This document shows positions 10,762-23,579 of a stretch of 64,000 nt of DNA, piece by piece; position 1 is the stretch's first letter, and each line of letters starts with the position of its first letter. The translations under genes and the position numbers were made by a program. This DNA is from Paraphysomonas bandaiensis. Taxonomy: Eukaryota > Protista > Chrysophyceae. The stretch spans positions 1 to 64,000 of the forward strand of contig CBFFRP010000169.1 in assembly GCA_965644295.1 (NCBI GenBank), written 5' to 3'. A model generated the notes under the pieces. The model did no database searches, was not told the origin of the DNA, and worked only from the letters and a program-made list of their open reading frames with translations.

Positions 10762-12300
10762 TAACACCTTGCTATATATGTAGTGTACTGGCAGGCCTAT
10801 AGTGTGGCCGCTGTGTGAATGATGAATATATATTGTAACGTATAAGCAAGTAAACTTACTCTATTACTAAAGCAAGCGTACGTAAACAACATATGATATA
10901 TATAAATATGCATGGACAGTACTCGACCTGGCAATTTATTAGGAAATGTGCGTGGTGCTGATGCACAAGAAGTCCTGGCATTACTTTTATTTGCGGGAAT
11001 AAATTCTAAACAGTAAGTTAAAGCTTAGTCTTCTTAACAACCCCAATGATAGACCTGTTCGGGAAAACAAGAACTTAGCTTATCAAACTAGGTTTTGCCT
11101 TATAGTGGCAATATATATTTCAACAATTTTGACGAAGTTATAGAATTGACGATGACCTAGATGAAAGCAAAAAAGGATACATATAAGGGTAGCGGTCGGT
11201 CAAATGAAATTACAAAATCAATCGACTTACATTTATTTTAAATTTTGATTAGTATATACAGATATTAGATAATATATATATATCATTTAATTATAACTAA
11301 AAATAAACCTTAAATATTTTAACAGTAAGTGTACTCTCGCGTATAAATTTATATAGTAGTAGTAAGTGGATACGAGCGATAGTAAATTAAATGGAAACAC
11401 GGAAAGAACATTTTAAGGTGTGTACAGCAGCGGCATCTCCTCATAAACTACTCAGCAGCTAAATATTATTAAAACCAATGCTGATTATATTCCGCAGAAG
11501 TTAAGTGCCGCGCAGTCATTATTATAGCAAAAAAGCACAAGAAAAGCAGTGCATAACATGCTGTCTGAATTCAACCTTTTGCTAGGTCATTTAGTAACCT
11601 GGTACTAATAATCATATGAAAATGTACTGGCCTCTCAAGGCCCACTAGTGAACTACAGCTATTTTAGCAGCTTCGTTTATGCAGGTTCCTTCTATACTAG
11701 CAACTTAGATGTAAAGACGTTCGCCAACACGCTGATGTATGTAATTGGTTCTGCAAGGATAGTTTCATTACAAAAGAAGTTGTTATGTGATGACCAAACC
11801 TGGTGAAATTTTAAAAATGTCGATTTAAGTTGTGTTTTTGATGTGTTTGGAAATAAGTAATGTAGTAGGTGTAAAGAGAACATATTTTTAGAGACATTTG
11901 ATAAACTTAATATTAGTTACAGGTCAAAAAGGTGAGAATGTAACGGTAACATTTTTATATAATACATGCATACTATATATATATATTAGAAAGTGGTATC
12001 TATACTTACAAGCGATAATCAACTGAACTTCTGGCACGTTTACCAGTAATAGTAGAAGCAGAATCAACTGCACCTGCGTCTTCCCACTCCTTAGTGGGTT
12101 TCTGGATATAACTCCACCTCGGAATGCCGTCTCTTTTATTGAAGGGAATATTATGAGGCATATCCTGGTGGGCTGCATTCAATATTAGGTACATTACACA
12201 AACAAGCATACATATAAAATATACCAGATGCAAGCTAGAAGTATTTGGATTGCACTGACTTATCCTCCTTGGTGGCGCCACATCTCTTCTTGCTTTTGTA

Positions 12301-12410
12301 AACATTTAACTAATTAGTGCTTATCTCTGATATATCCTACTACTTAACGCTACGAAGGCTGCTTGTGCGTCACCGCAAGCACCAAGGTGCAACTACTTTC
12401 GCTCTCTGTC
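12301..12410 (+). repeat. Dispersed repeat family A, copy 1
   Basis: ACATTTAACTAATTAGTGCTTATCTCTGATAT...GCTGCTTGTGCGTCACC...ACTTTCGC, also at ~21888 (+), ~22930-23040 (-) and ~29781-29860 (-). Confidence 0.75.
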
Positions 12411-12814
12411 CTTAAAATGAACAGCAGGCACTTCAATAGCATAACGTAATGTATACAAGGCTCGAATTATAAACAATCTCACTTATCCTTCATTGTCATT
12501 CACCACATTCTGGTTATCTCAAATACCAATCATTTTCATAGGATTTTATATAGACACGTGTCTTATACAGTATATGTAGTTCATATACTGTTCATCACTG
12601 CTGTAATATTCAAATAAAGGTTACTGAAGTTTCAAATTTTCGTACTGAAGTTTCGGTGATATCCGTTTCATTTAAAGATATAGAGCGACGACAGCCTATC
12701 TAGATACAAACTTGTGATTCGTTTACTTAATTTTTGTTCGAAAGGTGATGAACAGTATGACTAAATTCACATCATACATATAAATTTATCCACACAAAAG
12801 AATATAAAAACACA

Positions 12815-13669
12815 TCATTCTTTAATCATTCCTTTACAGGCAAGCAACATATTTTCTTTGTCTTCTTCTAGCTTAAGTTTCTTATTTGGAGACAGACTAA
12901 TGCATTGAATATTCGGTGATCGCCTCAAGCTCCGATCATCAAAGTCAACACACACTGTCGCAACATCAAAGGTACCAAATAAATCTTCTATTTCAAAATA
13001 TATAGCGTCGTATAGTCGCAAGAGCACCAGTGCGTCACACGCAGCATAGTGAATTTGTGACTCACTTAAAGGTCTGGATCCCCACGATGAGCACTGTTGT
13101 GACTTGACTAAATTACCATGCAAGTAATTCCTTGTCAAATACTTTAGCGACACTTCCCTCTTGATATTTGGGTTCAATATTTGATGCAGTGCATTAGTTT
13201 CAACCACTGCACGAACACATTGGAATGCACTTGAATCGGGGTAACTATCTACGAGCTCACACAAGTCTTGTTTAAGAGCATGACCAACTTTTATAACAGA
13301 TGAGCTGTTTAAACACTGTGCTAATGCTTTATCAGCGAGAACCATCATATCACCACTTGAGAAAATCGTCTGGATATCTAATATAAAAACACATTCTTCT
13401 CCTAGACTTGATCTGACCGCCAATTGCATAAGAGACGTTTTATTAGGAGTTCCTGGTTGCTTCCGCTGAGGTTCAGTTTCTGTATCAATGCCAATTACAA
13501 CAGCATCGCCCACTACTTTAACAAACAGACACAGTTTATCATAATCGTCAACTAGTACGAGCTGTTCTGCAGGTAAGTCGAAAAAGAAGGGCAGACATTT
13601 GTCATCACCATCTTGCTCGAATTTTATTTTTTCAAATCTCTGCCGCTTCGACATCATATGTACCTTCAC
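12815..13669 (-). CDS. DEDDy 3'-5' exonuclease (WRN/mut-7/EXD-like)
   Basis: ExoI GIDTETEP, ExoII VGHALKQDL, ExoIII QIHYAACDA; SLKYL...QQCSSWGSRPLS motif. Confidence 0.9.
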   Translation of the reverse strand: MKVHMMSKRQRFEKIKFEQDGDDKCLPFFFDLPAEQLVLVDDYDKLCLFVKVVGDAVVIGIDTETEPQRKQPGTPNKTSLMQLAVRSSLGEECVFILDIQTIFSSGDMMVLADKALAQCLNSSSVIKVGHALKQDLCELVDSYPDSSAFQCVRAVVETNALHQILNPNIKREVSLKYLTRNYLHGNLVKSQQCSSWGSRPLSESQIHYAACDALVLLRLYDAIYFEIEDLFGTFDVATVCVDFDDRSLRRSPNIQCISLSPNKKLKLEEDKENMLLACKGMIKE

Positions 13670-14070
13670 TTGAAGACACTGGCGGCTACGACAACTGGAA
13701 TAATGGCACTCATGGAAACTGCAAAGTGGTCGCCAGAAATCCCATCCAAACCCGCTCTGTTTTTTGCTGGATTATTCTTCACGGCCATTCATCAAACAAA
13801 TTGACACCCCGCCAATATATTATCCAGGACGATGGTATCTGATGTATGATTGGTTCTACGTGCATGGTGGTAGATAGTGCAAGATGGATATGAGATAAGA
13901 GTGATACACTGGAGTACAGTGTATTCTGTCATCTAGTGCGATGAGGTTAACTATGTCTACACACTACACAGCCAATTATCCAGCTATCATAAACAACCGC
14001 GAAATCATACAGAGCTAGTCGACGCCGCGTCATTGTAGATATCTGGTATTCGACATCTTGTCTAATCAGT

Positions 14071-15564
14071 ATGATTATTGCAGGTACTACTGTTTGCGTA
14101 TTAATAGCCTGGTTTTTACTCTCCAGGAAACGCAAGGGCTCTGATGCCAGAAAACGTTCAATGTCATTCAACAGTCAGGTCATGATCCAAGGATCATTTC
14201 CCCCTGAGGCCACTGTTGCTCCGCCAATTATTGACACTCTTTTTCTTTTCAATACAGTTCCGAAAGAGGAGGACGTTAAGGAGGCGTGTAAGAAATTTAT
14301 TGAAATATATAGATTCCGCTCTGTTCCTGAGTTTTCGCCGGAGTCAAACTCCTGGGAGTTTCGTGAGGTTGATGTCAACCTCGATGATCATGTAATATCG
14401 ACCACCGTTAGTAGCGAACAAGAAGCTCTTGATTTGTGTGAAAAACTATCGAAAGAGCCTTTAACTGGTCTGGAGGGCAAGCCTGTTTGGGTTTTCCATA
14501 GAATTGAGAATACTGGAAAGGGCATATCTGTGCTTTTTCTACGATTGCATCACGTTATTGGGGATGGAATATCGTGTGTACTGGCGATGAATCGACTTTT
14601 TACTGACAAGGATGGGAAATCAATTGTCGTAGGGCTTCCGGGAGATAAACACAACGCTAATGTTGTTAAATCAAAGCCCTCTTTTTTCACCCAAGCGTAT
14701 CAAGTTTTTCAATCTGCAATTCGGGTCGCCACACTCGGAATGTCCAAATACGACTCAGATATATACTTTAACAGTCCTAATAAAAGGAATCTGTCCATGA
14801 CAGCCCATACACAGAAGCATGTCTTCTTTCCTACACTGAGACTCGCTTTTGTAAAAGCTCTCAAAAACGGTGCGAAAGCAACTGTGAACGACGTCATGCT
14901 CGCTTCCACTACTGGTGCAATCAGAAGGTACTGCGAGAAGATGGGTGATCCAGCGTTTAAACACAGTACAGCCAATCTGCAATTCCGTGCACTTCTCCCT
15001 TACGCTTTCCCGCGACCGGAGAAGGAAGCCACCGACCCCTTCCGCTGTATGCGCAATAAATGGTCATTCGTATCGGTCCCAATGCCAATTAATGACACTT
15101 CCCCGAAGCAGCGTCTAGAGTCATGCGTGCAGACTATGAACCGTGCCAAGAAGTCCCCTGATGCTTTTGTCCAGTTATGGCTACAGAATAATATCCTTTC
15201 ACTCGCCCCCACCTTTTTGGTACGCAAGACCTGTATCGATACTTTTTCCCGACAATCTGTGGTATTTTCGAATGTGCCTGGGCCTCAGGAAGCAGCATAT
15301 TTCGCCAAGCAGCGAATTATCGGCATCCAGAGTTTGTTCCCAAATATTATTACTCAGTGCTTGATTGTATCTTATGATGGATCAGTTTTCATGAATATGG
15401 TCGTGGATGGGGAAGTGGTAAAAGATATTGAGTTACTTAAGCAGTGTTTTCTCGAAGAAGTTACAGATATGGCGGAGGTGTATGGAGTGAGTACTGCTGA
15501 TATGATGGCCCCTCTTTCGCCAGGAGGCACTATGGGGATCGCTGCAAACAGCGCCACTTCGTAA
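14071..15564 (+). CDS. Wax ester synthase / diacylglycerol acyltransferase (WS/DGAT)
   Basis: Catalytic HHxxxDG (LHHVIGDG), ATVNDVMLA, SNVPGP; N-terminal hydrophobic anchor; intronless 497 aa. Confidence 0.92.
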   Translation: MIIAGTTVCVLIAWFLLSRKRKGSDARKRSMSFNSQVMIQGSFPPEATVAPPIIDTLFLFNTVPKEEDVKEACKKFIEIYRFRSVPEFSPESNSWEFREVDVNLDDHVISTTVSSEQEALDLCEKLSKEPLTGLEGKPVWVFHRIENTGKGISVLFLRLHHVIGDGISCVLAMNRLFTDKDGKSIVVGLPGDKHNANVVKSKPSFFTQAYQVFQSAIRVATLGMSKYDSDIYFNSPNKRNLSMTAHTQKHVFFPTLRLAFVKALKNGAKATVNDVMLASTTGAIRRYCEKMGDPAFKHSTANLQFRALLPYAFPRPEKEATDPFRCMRNKWSFVSVPMPINDTSPKQRLESCVQTMNRAKKSPDAFVQLWLQNNILSLAPTFLVRKTCIDTFSRQSVVFSNVPGPQEAAYFAKQRIIGIQSLFPNIITQCLIVSYDGSVFMNMVVDGEVVKDIELLKQCFLEEVTDMAEVYGVSTADMMAPLSPGGTMGIAANSATS

Positions 15565-16352
15565 TTGCGTTTACGCAGCGATGCATACTGCGTTTTTGAG
15601 TATTGCAGTATTGCTAAATATGCGGTACTGTGTACTTGCAACGAATCCTTTAACCTTCGAGTTTAATCGTGTTCAGTAATTTACGTTTATGCCTTCTATG
15701 TGATTACATTAATATATGGTTCGTATAAATAATAAGTCATCGTAGGTAACCATATTGAACATGACGTATCAAGAAATGAACGAATACTTTGATGTACTTG
15801 TGCCTGTATTTATACGGGGCGTCGTAACAATTCGATTTTGGAAATTACTTAGAAAATACATGAAATGTGCGCAAGTCCATGCAAAGCCCTGCTTGTCCTC
15901 CCACACGTTTCATAAGAATAGTTGATACTGAGTTCTGAGTTGTGCTTTTTGAGTAATAAAGCGTTTCAAAGTTGAAGTTTAAGGTTTTGGAATTATACCC
16001 GTTAGTGGCTGATACTGTAATTCGCATATAAGCCTTCGCTTCCGGATGTGAAAATATATATTATATGTGCGATAAGAAATAGACATTATGTATTATGTAC
16101 ATTTTCTAAGTTCTGAATAGAAATCCCAACCTTACGTTTCTTTCTTTGTAAAAGTTTTCTTCTTAGTAACTTTAGTATCCAGCTTTCTTTCTTCTACCAT
16201 CGCTCTGCTTCCTAGCTTCCACCAAGCTATCCAGGATCTCACTCTGATTCAGAGTAAGCGTGCATCTGTGAACCTGCATACACCCCTCTTAGACACTACC
16301 CGCAAGGGAAGATTTATGGGATTTACAGCACTCTGAGATAAATTTAGACTAA

Positions 16353-17700
16353 ACCATAGTCTGTAACCATAGTCTGTAACCAATGATATAAAGTGGAATT
16401 ATTACAACACTGAGTAAACCAATCACGGTACCCCTCTATTCTATAGTTTCCTTAGATAGAGTATCAGCATGTGTGTACAATTCACTAGCTAACGAGTTAC
16501 AGAACTATAATAATCGATACTATTTGTATCTATCGAACAAATACTACAATACGCATGGAATGTATTTTGCGAGCCACAGCCGAACGCAAACGAGCTACAC
16601 TTTCCTCTTTCGCCTAGATGCCCTCCACTACCATGCCGATGAGGCCATATCCTCTCTTTAATCTACGAATTGAATACATCACATGCTGCAAACATCTTAC
16701 CGTAGTCGGAGCACACAGGCACAGAATTGGTGGTAGACTTCGTAGGTGATCTATGATAAGCATTGAACAAGGCGGTTTATTTCTTGCCATCCTTGGTATA
16801 AGAATGAACTAGGAGTTCTTTACGCTGTTGATTCCACACTCCATTCCACTGTCCTCGCTTATTGACACCTTCACGAACTTCACGAGTGAGTGCTTGGAAG
16901 CGCTGTGGGTTCTAAGCTCCAATATCTTACTTTCTTCCTTGCAAGCCCCTCTCTTGCAGCTTCATCAAGATAATACGAGTCAACTGTCAAATAAAAATTT
17001 TGTTGTCACAATTTCCATGAATCGTATGCCAAGAGAATCAATCCTTGGATAGCAATCCCTAAAGTGGTCTCAGTACCATATATAAGTTGCTCACGCAAAG
17101 GTGCGAATGACGTATTACACCATTTTGGGCATGTTGTTCTCCATAAATTCGAATCCAAATTGCAAGAGGCTTATATATAGAACACAATGAAAGCAAAATT
17201 ACTGCTCCACAGTCATATCTCAAGTCGGCAGGGTCAATATCCTGGGCTATTTTCGTCACAAGAGATACTGTAACAAAACGCACGAATATCTTGAGGAAGC
17301 TGACAGTGCGCAAATTAAACGTAGGGTATCGATCTGCATCAACCGTATCAGGCAGATGGTATGACTCATTGGCCAAATCAATTGGTCTCCAGCGCCCAGT
17401 GATCTCTATTTCCTGAGCACGCACTGAGCTTCTTGTCGCGTCATCTTCATTGTTGCAAAGAGAGCCTGATTTGCGCTTTCGAAATGCCATGTTAAACTAT
17501 GAGTGAATGGGGGATACAATGAACGTACCAGCACATTAATTTGACCTGCAATTCGCTGACTCAACACTGTGATATGAAGTGTGAAGTGTGGTTCACACTG
17601 TCTGATTTCGACTGATTTTATGACAGTTATTTTATGTATGAAAATCGACGTTATTTTCAGTTTTTTTTCTATTTTTTTCAGTATGGTTGCAGACTATGGT
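16353..17700 (-). mobile_element. Internally deleted piggyBac-like DNA transposon
   Basis: TIRs ACCATAGTCTGTAACCATA (16353) and TATGGTTGCAGACTATGGT (ends 17700); flanks CTAA and TTAA. Minus strand carries the ORF at 17059-17490 and VPVCSDYGKMFAACDVFN (~16670-16725), like the piggyBac PxxxxxYNxxMxxVD motif. Confidence 0.7.
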
Positions 17701-17916
17701 TTAATCGTATCGGCTGCCAGCATCTTATTTTGCGGTAATAAATTGAAGCAAAAATACTCCACATTACTTCAATACAACTACGGCTGGTATACAGATAATT
17801 GTTGTCTCAATATTAGAGGCATATTTGAACAAAAATATACAAAGGATGCCGATACGAATCTAATTTCAATGTGACGAGAAGTCTACTCATGCAACAGGCG
17901 CACCATTAAAGCCTTC

Positions 17917-18220
17917 AACAAAGTCGGACTCGCACCTTTTCGTAGTGTTCTGGGGGATAAGTACCAGAGATACTTCTCCGTGAATCTAAAGTGTACAATA
18001 CATACATATCGTCAGCAGATATTGTTCTTCCCACTCATAGCCAAATGCTTGTGTGGTACAAATGACACTAATTCGTGTCACTTGTGTAGATGCTTTGAGC
18101 CGTAACAAATAAACAGGCCCACCTCGAGGGCATCCGGGGTATTGGGCTGCCTGCTGAAGTTTAACATCCGGGAATGTACCCACCTCAAAGCATCTGGGGT
18201 ATTGGGCTGTCTGCCGAAGC
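17917..18220 (+). repeat. Dispersed repeat family B, copy 1
   Basis: AACAAAGTCGGACTCGCACCTTTTCG..., CACTCATAGCCAA...GACACTAATTCGTGTC and CCCACCTC..GTATTGGGCTG blocks recur at 22336-22840. Confidence 0.8.
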
Positions 18221-18881
18221 TTGGGCGAATTACGTGCGCTGTTTGCTAGAAAAGGAAGCTCCCAAAAAATACAGAGTTGAGGACGTCAGGGCTTCGTCAT
18301 TCAACTGTATGAAGACTTTCTTGACCCGACTCCGGTGTTGAGTATTAAGGAAGTGATGAAGACCATTATATATGCACTTACCTCAGATGGAGTCGTCACT
18401 AGCTGTTTTTTATGATATTCGAAAACGCTTAGCCTTGAAATTGGGGTCCGGTCATATCGTTACCGAATAGCTTAATCATAATTTTCTTTATCCTGAATTT
18501 TGATATGAAAGGGGCTGATATGTAGAAATAGTGGTGTTGACATTTAGGAAATCTGATCTGAGGTATCTCTTTTTTTACCAATTGATCATCGTAAGCTTTA
18601 TCATATCTATGGGATAAGTACATCTATTGTTGTTGTTCTCATTACTAAATTCGGTGTTTATGATGACTTTCAGTTGTTGGATGTGTAAATGTTTCGCTAT
18701 TGTTTTCGCGTAGATGCTCAATGCATGTGTTCACTTTCAGTTGGCGCTATATGTGTTGGGTTTGGTGATTCGGTTTCTAAGTGCAGTGCACACGTGTCTA
18801 AAATTCCTGTCCCAGCAAGCTCGCTCGGATTGTTCAAGCATATAAGTTAAATTAATAGTTTCATTCGAAAACAATGATTAT

Positions 18882-19727
18882 TTACTTCATGAATTCTGGT
18901 TTCCGCTTTTCTAAAAAAGCATTAATACCTTCGGTTGCATCGTCTAGTACCATATTCTCCACCATTGCATCGGAAGCAATTTTGTAGGCACTGTCTATAT
19001 CCACAGCAACCTGCCTGTTGTATGTTTGTTTTCCTAATTTAATAGCTCCGAATGATTTTGATGCAATTTTTGTGGCTAACACTCTGACTTCTTCATCCAG
19101 ATCTTGGTGAGCTACCACGCGATTCACAAGACCAATGCGCATTGCGTGCACTGCATCTACAGGGTCACCTGTCAGTAGCATCTCCATAGCGTGCTTTCGG
19201 GTAGCCACACTTCGTGATAACGCTACCGCTGGAGTGGAGCAAAAAAGTCCAATATTTACTCCAGGGGTAGCAAATAATGCCCGGTCAGATGCTACCGCCA
19301 AGTCACAGCTAGCAACTAGCTGGCACCCCGCAGCAGTGGCCAGGCCATCAACTGCAGCAATTACGACTTGAGGCAGTTTGTGTATACGACACATAAGCTC
19401 TGAGCATAATGAAAATAAACCTCTTACGTCATTCTCTGCTCTTACTTCACTCAAATCATGACCAGATGAAAATACATTTGTATCTGATCGAAGTATGATC
19501 ACACGAGTGCGGCTCGATTCACAGCCCACAAGCACCTTGTTGAGATCGTTCATTAAATCTTTCGACAAAGCGTTCTTTTTCCTATGATTCGTTAGCGTAA
19601 TGGTAAGAATAGACCCCTCGGAATTCCAGCTACACTGCAACAGATCACTCGTTGCTGCTGCTGCACTCACATACCGGGCTCTAAAACCAGATAACGAGAT
19701 CCTATGAAGAGCCCTCCTCACCTGCAT
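18882..19727 (-). CDS. ECHDC3: Enoyl-CoA hydratase domain-containing protein 3-like (crotonase family), probably mitochondrial
   Basis: FSSGHDL, AAVDGLATAAGCQLVASCDL, FATPGVNIGLFCSTPAVAL, EGINAFLEKRKP; Arg-rich N-terminal presequence. Confidence 0.92.
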   Translation of the reverse strand: MQVRRALHRISLSGFRARYVSAAAATSDLLQCSWNSEGSILTITLTNHRKKNALSKDLMNDLNKVLVGCESSRTRVIILRSDTNVFSSGHDLSEVRAENDVRGLFSLCSELMCRIHKLPQVVIAAVDGLATAAGCQLVASCDLAVASDRALFATPGVNIGLFCSTPAVALSRSVATRKHAMEMLLTGDPVDAVHAMRIGLVNRVVAHQDLDEEVRVLATKIASKSFGAIKLGKQTYNRQVAVDIDSAYKIASDAMVENMVLDDATEGINAFLEKRKPEFMK

Positions 19728-19906
19728 ATCCTGGAGATGAAACAGGGAGCACTAGTACTCAGATGAACGGGTTGATAGCTAAGTTTGGAAACAATATCGT
19801 GGAGGTTTCAGGCAGAGAGTCATGTGAGAATATCTGCCTACATCACCCGCCTGAAAAGAATCAGTCCTCTGTCTTCTCTCTTCAGATATGATACAACACT
19901 CAGCGT

Positions 19907-20010
19907 GTACCGGTATACCATATACTGCTGTACTCCGACTGTTTAGCTTAGTACACTCGGTGTACTTCTCCACACACCTACGCGGTGCATATATCAGTAC
20001 AGCAGTATAC
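19907..20010. promoter_or_regulatory. Candidate cis-elements in ECHDC3/MRH divergent promoter
   Basis: GTACCGGTATAC (19907), TATACTGCTGTA (19921) and TACAGCAGTATAC (19998); the last two are in opposite orientations. Confidence 0.45.
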
Positions 20011-20125
20011 GGGGGTGTACATCCACATCCTCAATGACTGCATGGACTTATCAGTCTCGTACCTCTCTGCAGTGATATAATCTTTACACCAACAAAATAT
20101 TGGCATCTGTATTGTGCTGCTCAGC

Positions 20126-21240
20126 ATGCGTGAGACCGTATATTTACTGGTGTTGTCTATAGCCCTCTCTCTATCTCTGGCTATGGAGGTTAAGCTTGTG
20201 GATGGAACAGATAGGAAAGGCGACAGAGGCTCCAGTGACTCCCTCTCATACTCCGAGCCGAAGTACATGGTTGGTCCGGAGGCGTTGATGTTTCTCAACG
20301 GCCTGTGCTTCAAAGAAGTTCTTGATCGCTACGAGTACTCTGTTTGTCCCTTTCAGAATATCACACAGCGTCGGCTGATCGGAACAAGGTCAACGCTCCT
20401 CGGTAGACTCTATCTACTATGCGCATGCATTGTTGATTTGTTTTAGGGGTGTGGGGTGAATGGCAGTTTCCAATAGCTAACGAAACGTCAGCATCGAAAG
20501 ATATGGGAGGGCCTGAGGATGCTGTCGTCCACGACACGATGATATACCCTAATGGCCAGTCGTGCGGGAGGAAAGACCGGTCTACAGTTCTCCATCTATC
20601 GTGTGAAGAGGACAGTATTGGGATAGTAAAAGGGAGTATCAATGAGGTATACTATCGCTTCTTGAAGCATTACCAGTTTAGACGACTTCATTCTGCTGTG
20701 TTCAGATATCTAACTGTGAGTATTCCATTACGCTGGGATTACCTCTATATTGCGGTTTATTAGCTGAACGTATCGTCCACCCCAGTGAATTGTTGTCCTA
20801 TGCTACATCTAGGGTAGGACAGCACGATACTTCAAAGGCAGCTCCCTCTAATTCTTTTCCCGATATTGCAAGTGGAAGTACATCTGGGGAAAAGCCGCCT
20901 GGCATATCCCAGGACAAGGTTGAATTATTGAACATGCGTTATGCATGTTGCGCTGATAACTCTGTTACATAGATACGTTTGGACCCTTCACCAGACACAG
21001 ATGTTATCCCCTCTGTGCCACGTTCGGATTCTGGCGCTCTTCCTACCACACCGGACGTTAGTGGAGATACTGATACTTTGGAGCTGCTGCTCAACCAGGT
21101 AATGTGACTTCCTTAGTTCCTGTATATATGAGTGAGTTTTTGTGTTAATACAGGTATCACAACTAAAGCAGTCTGTGGATGCCCTTATAGCACAGAATAA
21201 AGTTGGTGACGAAACACCGTCGGAGAGCAGGAGCAGCTAA
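20126..21240 (+). CDS. Secreted MRH-domain protein (GlcNAc-1-phosphotransferase gamma / glucosidase II beta-like); about 5 exons
   Basis: Signal peptide MRETVYLLVLSIALSLSLA; LNGLCF...YEYSVCPFQNITQ...LG|VWGEW...YPNGQSCGRKDRST...C...E|ISNCEY. Intron 20403-20446 plus further short GT-AG introns; TAA at 21238-21240. Confidence 0.75.
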
Positions 21241-21824
21241 GCTAAAATAGATAATATATGTTCTGTAAATACATACTGTAGATCTAGCATAGTCAATAAC
21301 CATCTCGGTAAAATATTTTTGAACGAGAGTGAACACCTCATGTTATAAATATTGGTTGTAATAATTTTATGCAACATGCCTTGAGTATATTCCGAAGAAA
21401 CGAAAAAAACGAAAAACAGGTTTTGGGGTCTATAAAGTATAAAGCAGAATATTAGTCTCTATATGAGTCAAAGAATAGGCATTCTATAGGTGACTACTGT
21501 ACCCTGTGGCGCGGTTCAGGGTGTCTGGGAATCGCCATGAGAAACGCTGATAGCGTTATATTTTATCTTCCACGTAAATAGCTAATTTGGATTAGAACTA
21601 GCGCAATAATATATTATTACTGCTTTGTACAATTGATATTAACTGCAATTGATTCACTTTAAGTCTGATACATCTAAGAGGACCCCATACATACTCTACT
21701 ACATATTTACACTATCATAACTTTAGAAGCAGTTTTCCTTTCTAGTTTCTACAAGTACCCAGGTAAAAGGTAAAACTTCCATGATATCCTGTTTACCTCA
21801 TTATCTCTTTATCATCCTCCAGAA

Positions 21825-23058
21825 TAGTAGTGAATGCTTGATTATATCAGCAATAGGCATGTAAGCGTCAGCACTAATGTAGCAAAAACATTTAACTAAC
21901 TAGTGCTTAACTCTGATATTCTAGCTGCTTGTGCGTCACCACTTTCGCCCTATTGCTCAAAGCAAACGCAGAAGGAGCAACCAGAATGTTGATATATTTG
22001 ACATCTGCTGACTTCAGAATCCTCCAGAATACGCAGGAATTCTATCATATTTATACGATGGACGTTGTGTTGAGTCTGTTTGTGAGAAGTTTCTAACAAG
22101 GTATTCGAATTAGTTAGGAAATACAGAAGTGGTCAACAGTATTACATAATGAACAAATGACATATGATAGTAATAATAGTATAAGAAAAATATACTGACT
22201 ATATTAGATCGTATGAAATTGATTTGTAGTACTAGAGAAAACATGGATTTAGCGAATAATGACAATGAACGAAGAAGTAAAATACTCATTATAATTTTAG
22301 TAATTGAGTATTGAGGGTAATCGTAAATACCTTCTCAACAAAGTCGAACTCGCACCTTTTCGTGTGTTCTGGGGGATAAGTACCGGAGATATTTCTCTGG
22401 GAAACTAACGTCAGCCGCAAACATAGACAGCGGACAACGCTCTGCTCACTCATAGCCAAGCTTGAGTGGTACAAGGGACACTAATTAGTGTCACTTGTGT
22501 TAACGCCTTCGGGCCTAGACGAAAAGTAAACATTATGCAAACGTGGGAATTTTACGATACTTTGGGAAATTTAGGAGTATTGACAGTATTTAAGTAGAAA
22601 TGTTAAAGAAACTATTCTATTTGTGGTATTAGGGTTAGAGACAACAAAAAATATTAATTTTATTATAATTTTAAGTCTCATAGGATGTAACAGAAGCGCG
22701 TTTTTTGCTTACCAGCAACCACCTTTGCTTAACACGATTGTATAATGTTTACTTGAATGAACAGCCATCCGGGAATGGGCCCACCTCAAGGGCGCCCGTG
22801 GTATTGGGCTGGCTGCTGAAGTCAAGTATATCCGGGCTGTTCATCTTAAGGGCTCAAAACTCCTGATGTCAGCAGATGTCAGGTATATCAACACACTGCT
22901 TCGTCACTGCATTTTCTTAAAGTGAGTGATAGAGCGAAAGTGGCTGCAACTTAGTGCTTGCGGGGACGCACAGGCAGCAGCCTCCGAAGCGTTAAATATG
23001 GTAGGATATCAGAGCTAAGCACTAGATAGTTAAATTGCATGCTAAATTAGTTCTGACT
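21825..23058. mobile_element. Degenerate element with long inverted termini (family A) enclosing family B sequence
   Basis: 21860-22020 is an imperfect inverted repeat of 22861-23058 (e.g. GTTGATATATTTGACATCTGCTGAC vs GTCAGCAGATGTCAGGTATATCAAC). Interior 22336-22840 matches 17917-18220. No TSD resolved. Confidence 0.55.
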
Positions 23059-23579
23059 TTATTGTAATGAATTCTGCAACATTTAAATATGTTCTTCATA
23101 AGCTGATGGTTGATTGGTTGTATAGGAGTAAAATTTGTTTATTTACAAGAACTGAATAAATAATTAGATACGGATTTATAGAGCAATTTAATAGAAGGAG
23201 TATTGTAAATATAACGAGGTATTATTCGGAAAAGATCGAAAGATAACCACATGATTTCCTAAATCGTATGTTATAGAAAATAAGTTACTACGTAGATAAA
23301 AGAATTTAGACTGAAATAATTGGCTTGAATTGTAGAACCAGTGCTACATCTGACTTATTTCTGGAAACTACTCCACTGAAGATGTGTACATTTCACTTGT
23401 TGTATACCAATATATGTCTTGACTATCTCCATATTTCAGGTTAATTTTCAATGTAGAGCTATTCATACACTAAATTGTATATACTTATAGAATTATTGTA
23501 TCTATCAAGCAATAAACAATACATCGTTGGTAAAGCGTATTTTCATTCGATTTTTCATCATATGACAAAGTGTATAGAG

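Noticed and set aside
12815-19727. Lipid-metabolism cluster (WS/DGAT plus ECHDC3)
   Set aside because: Only two loosely related genes, separated by TE debris and with different predicted compartments; no evidence of a cluster.
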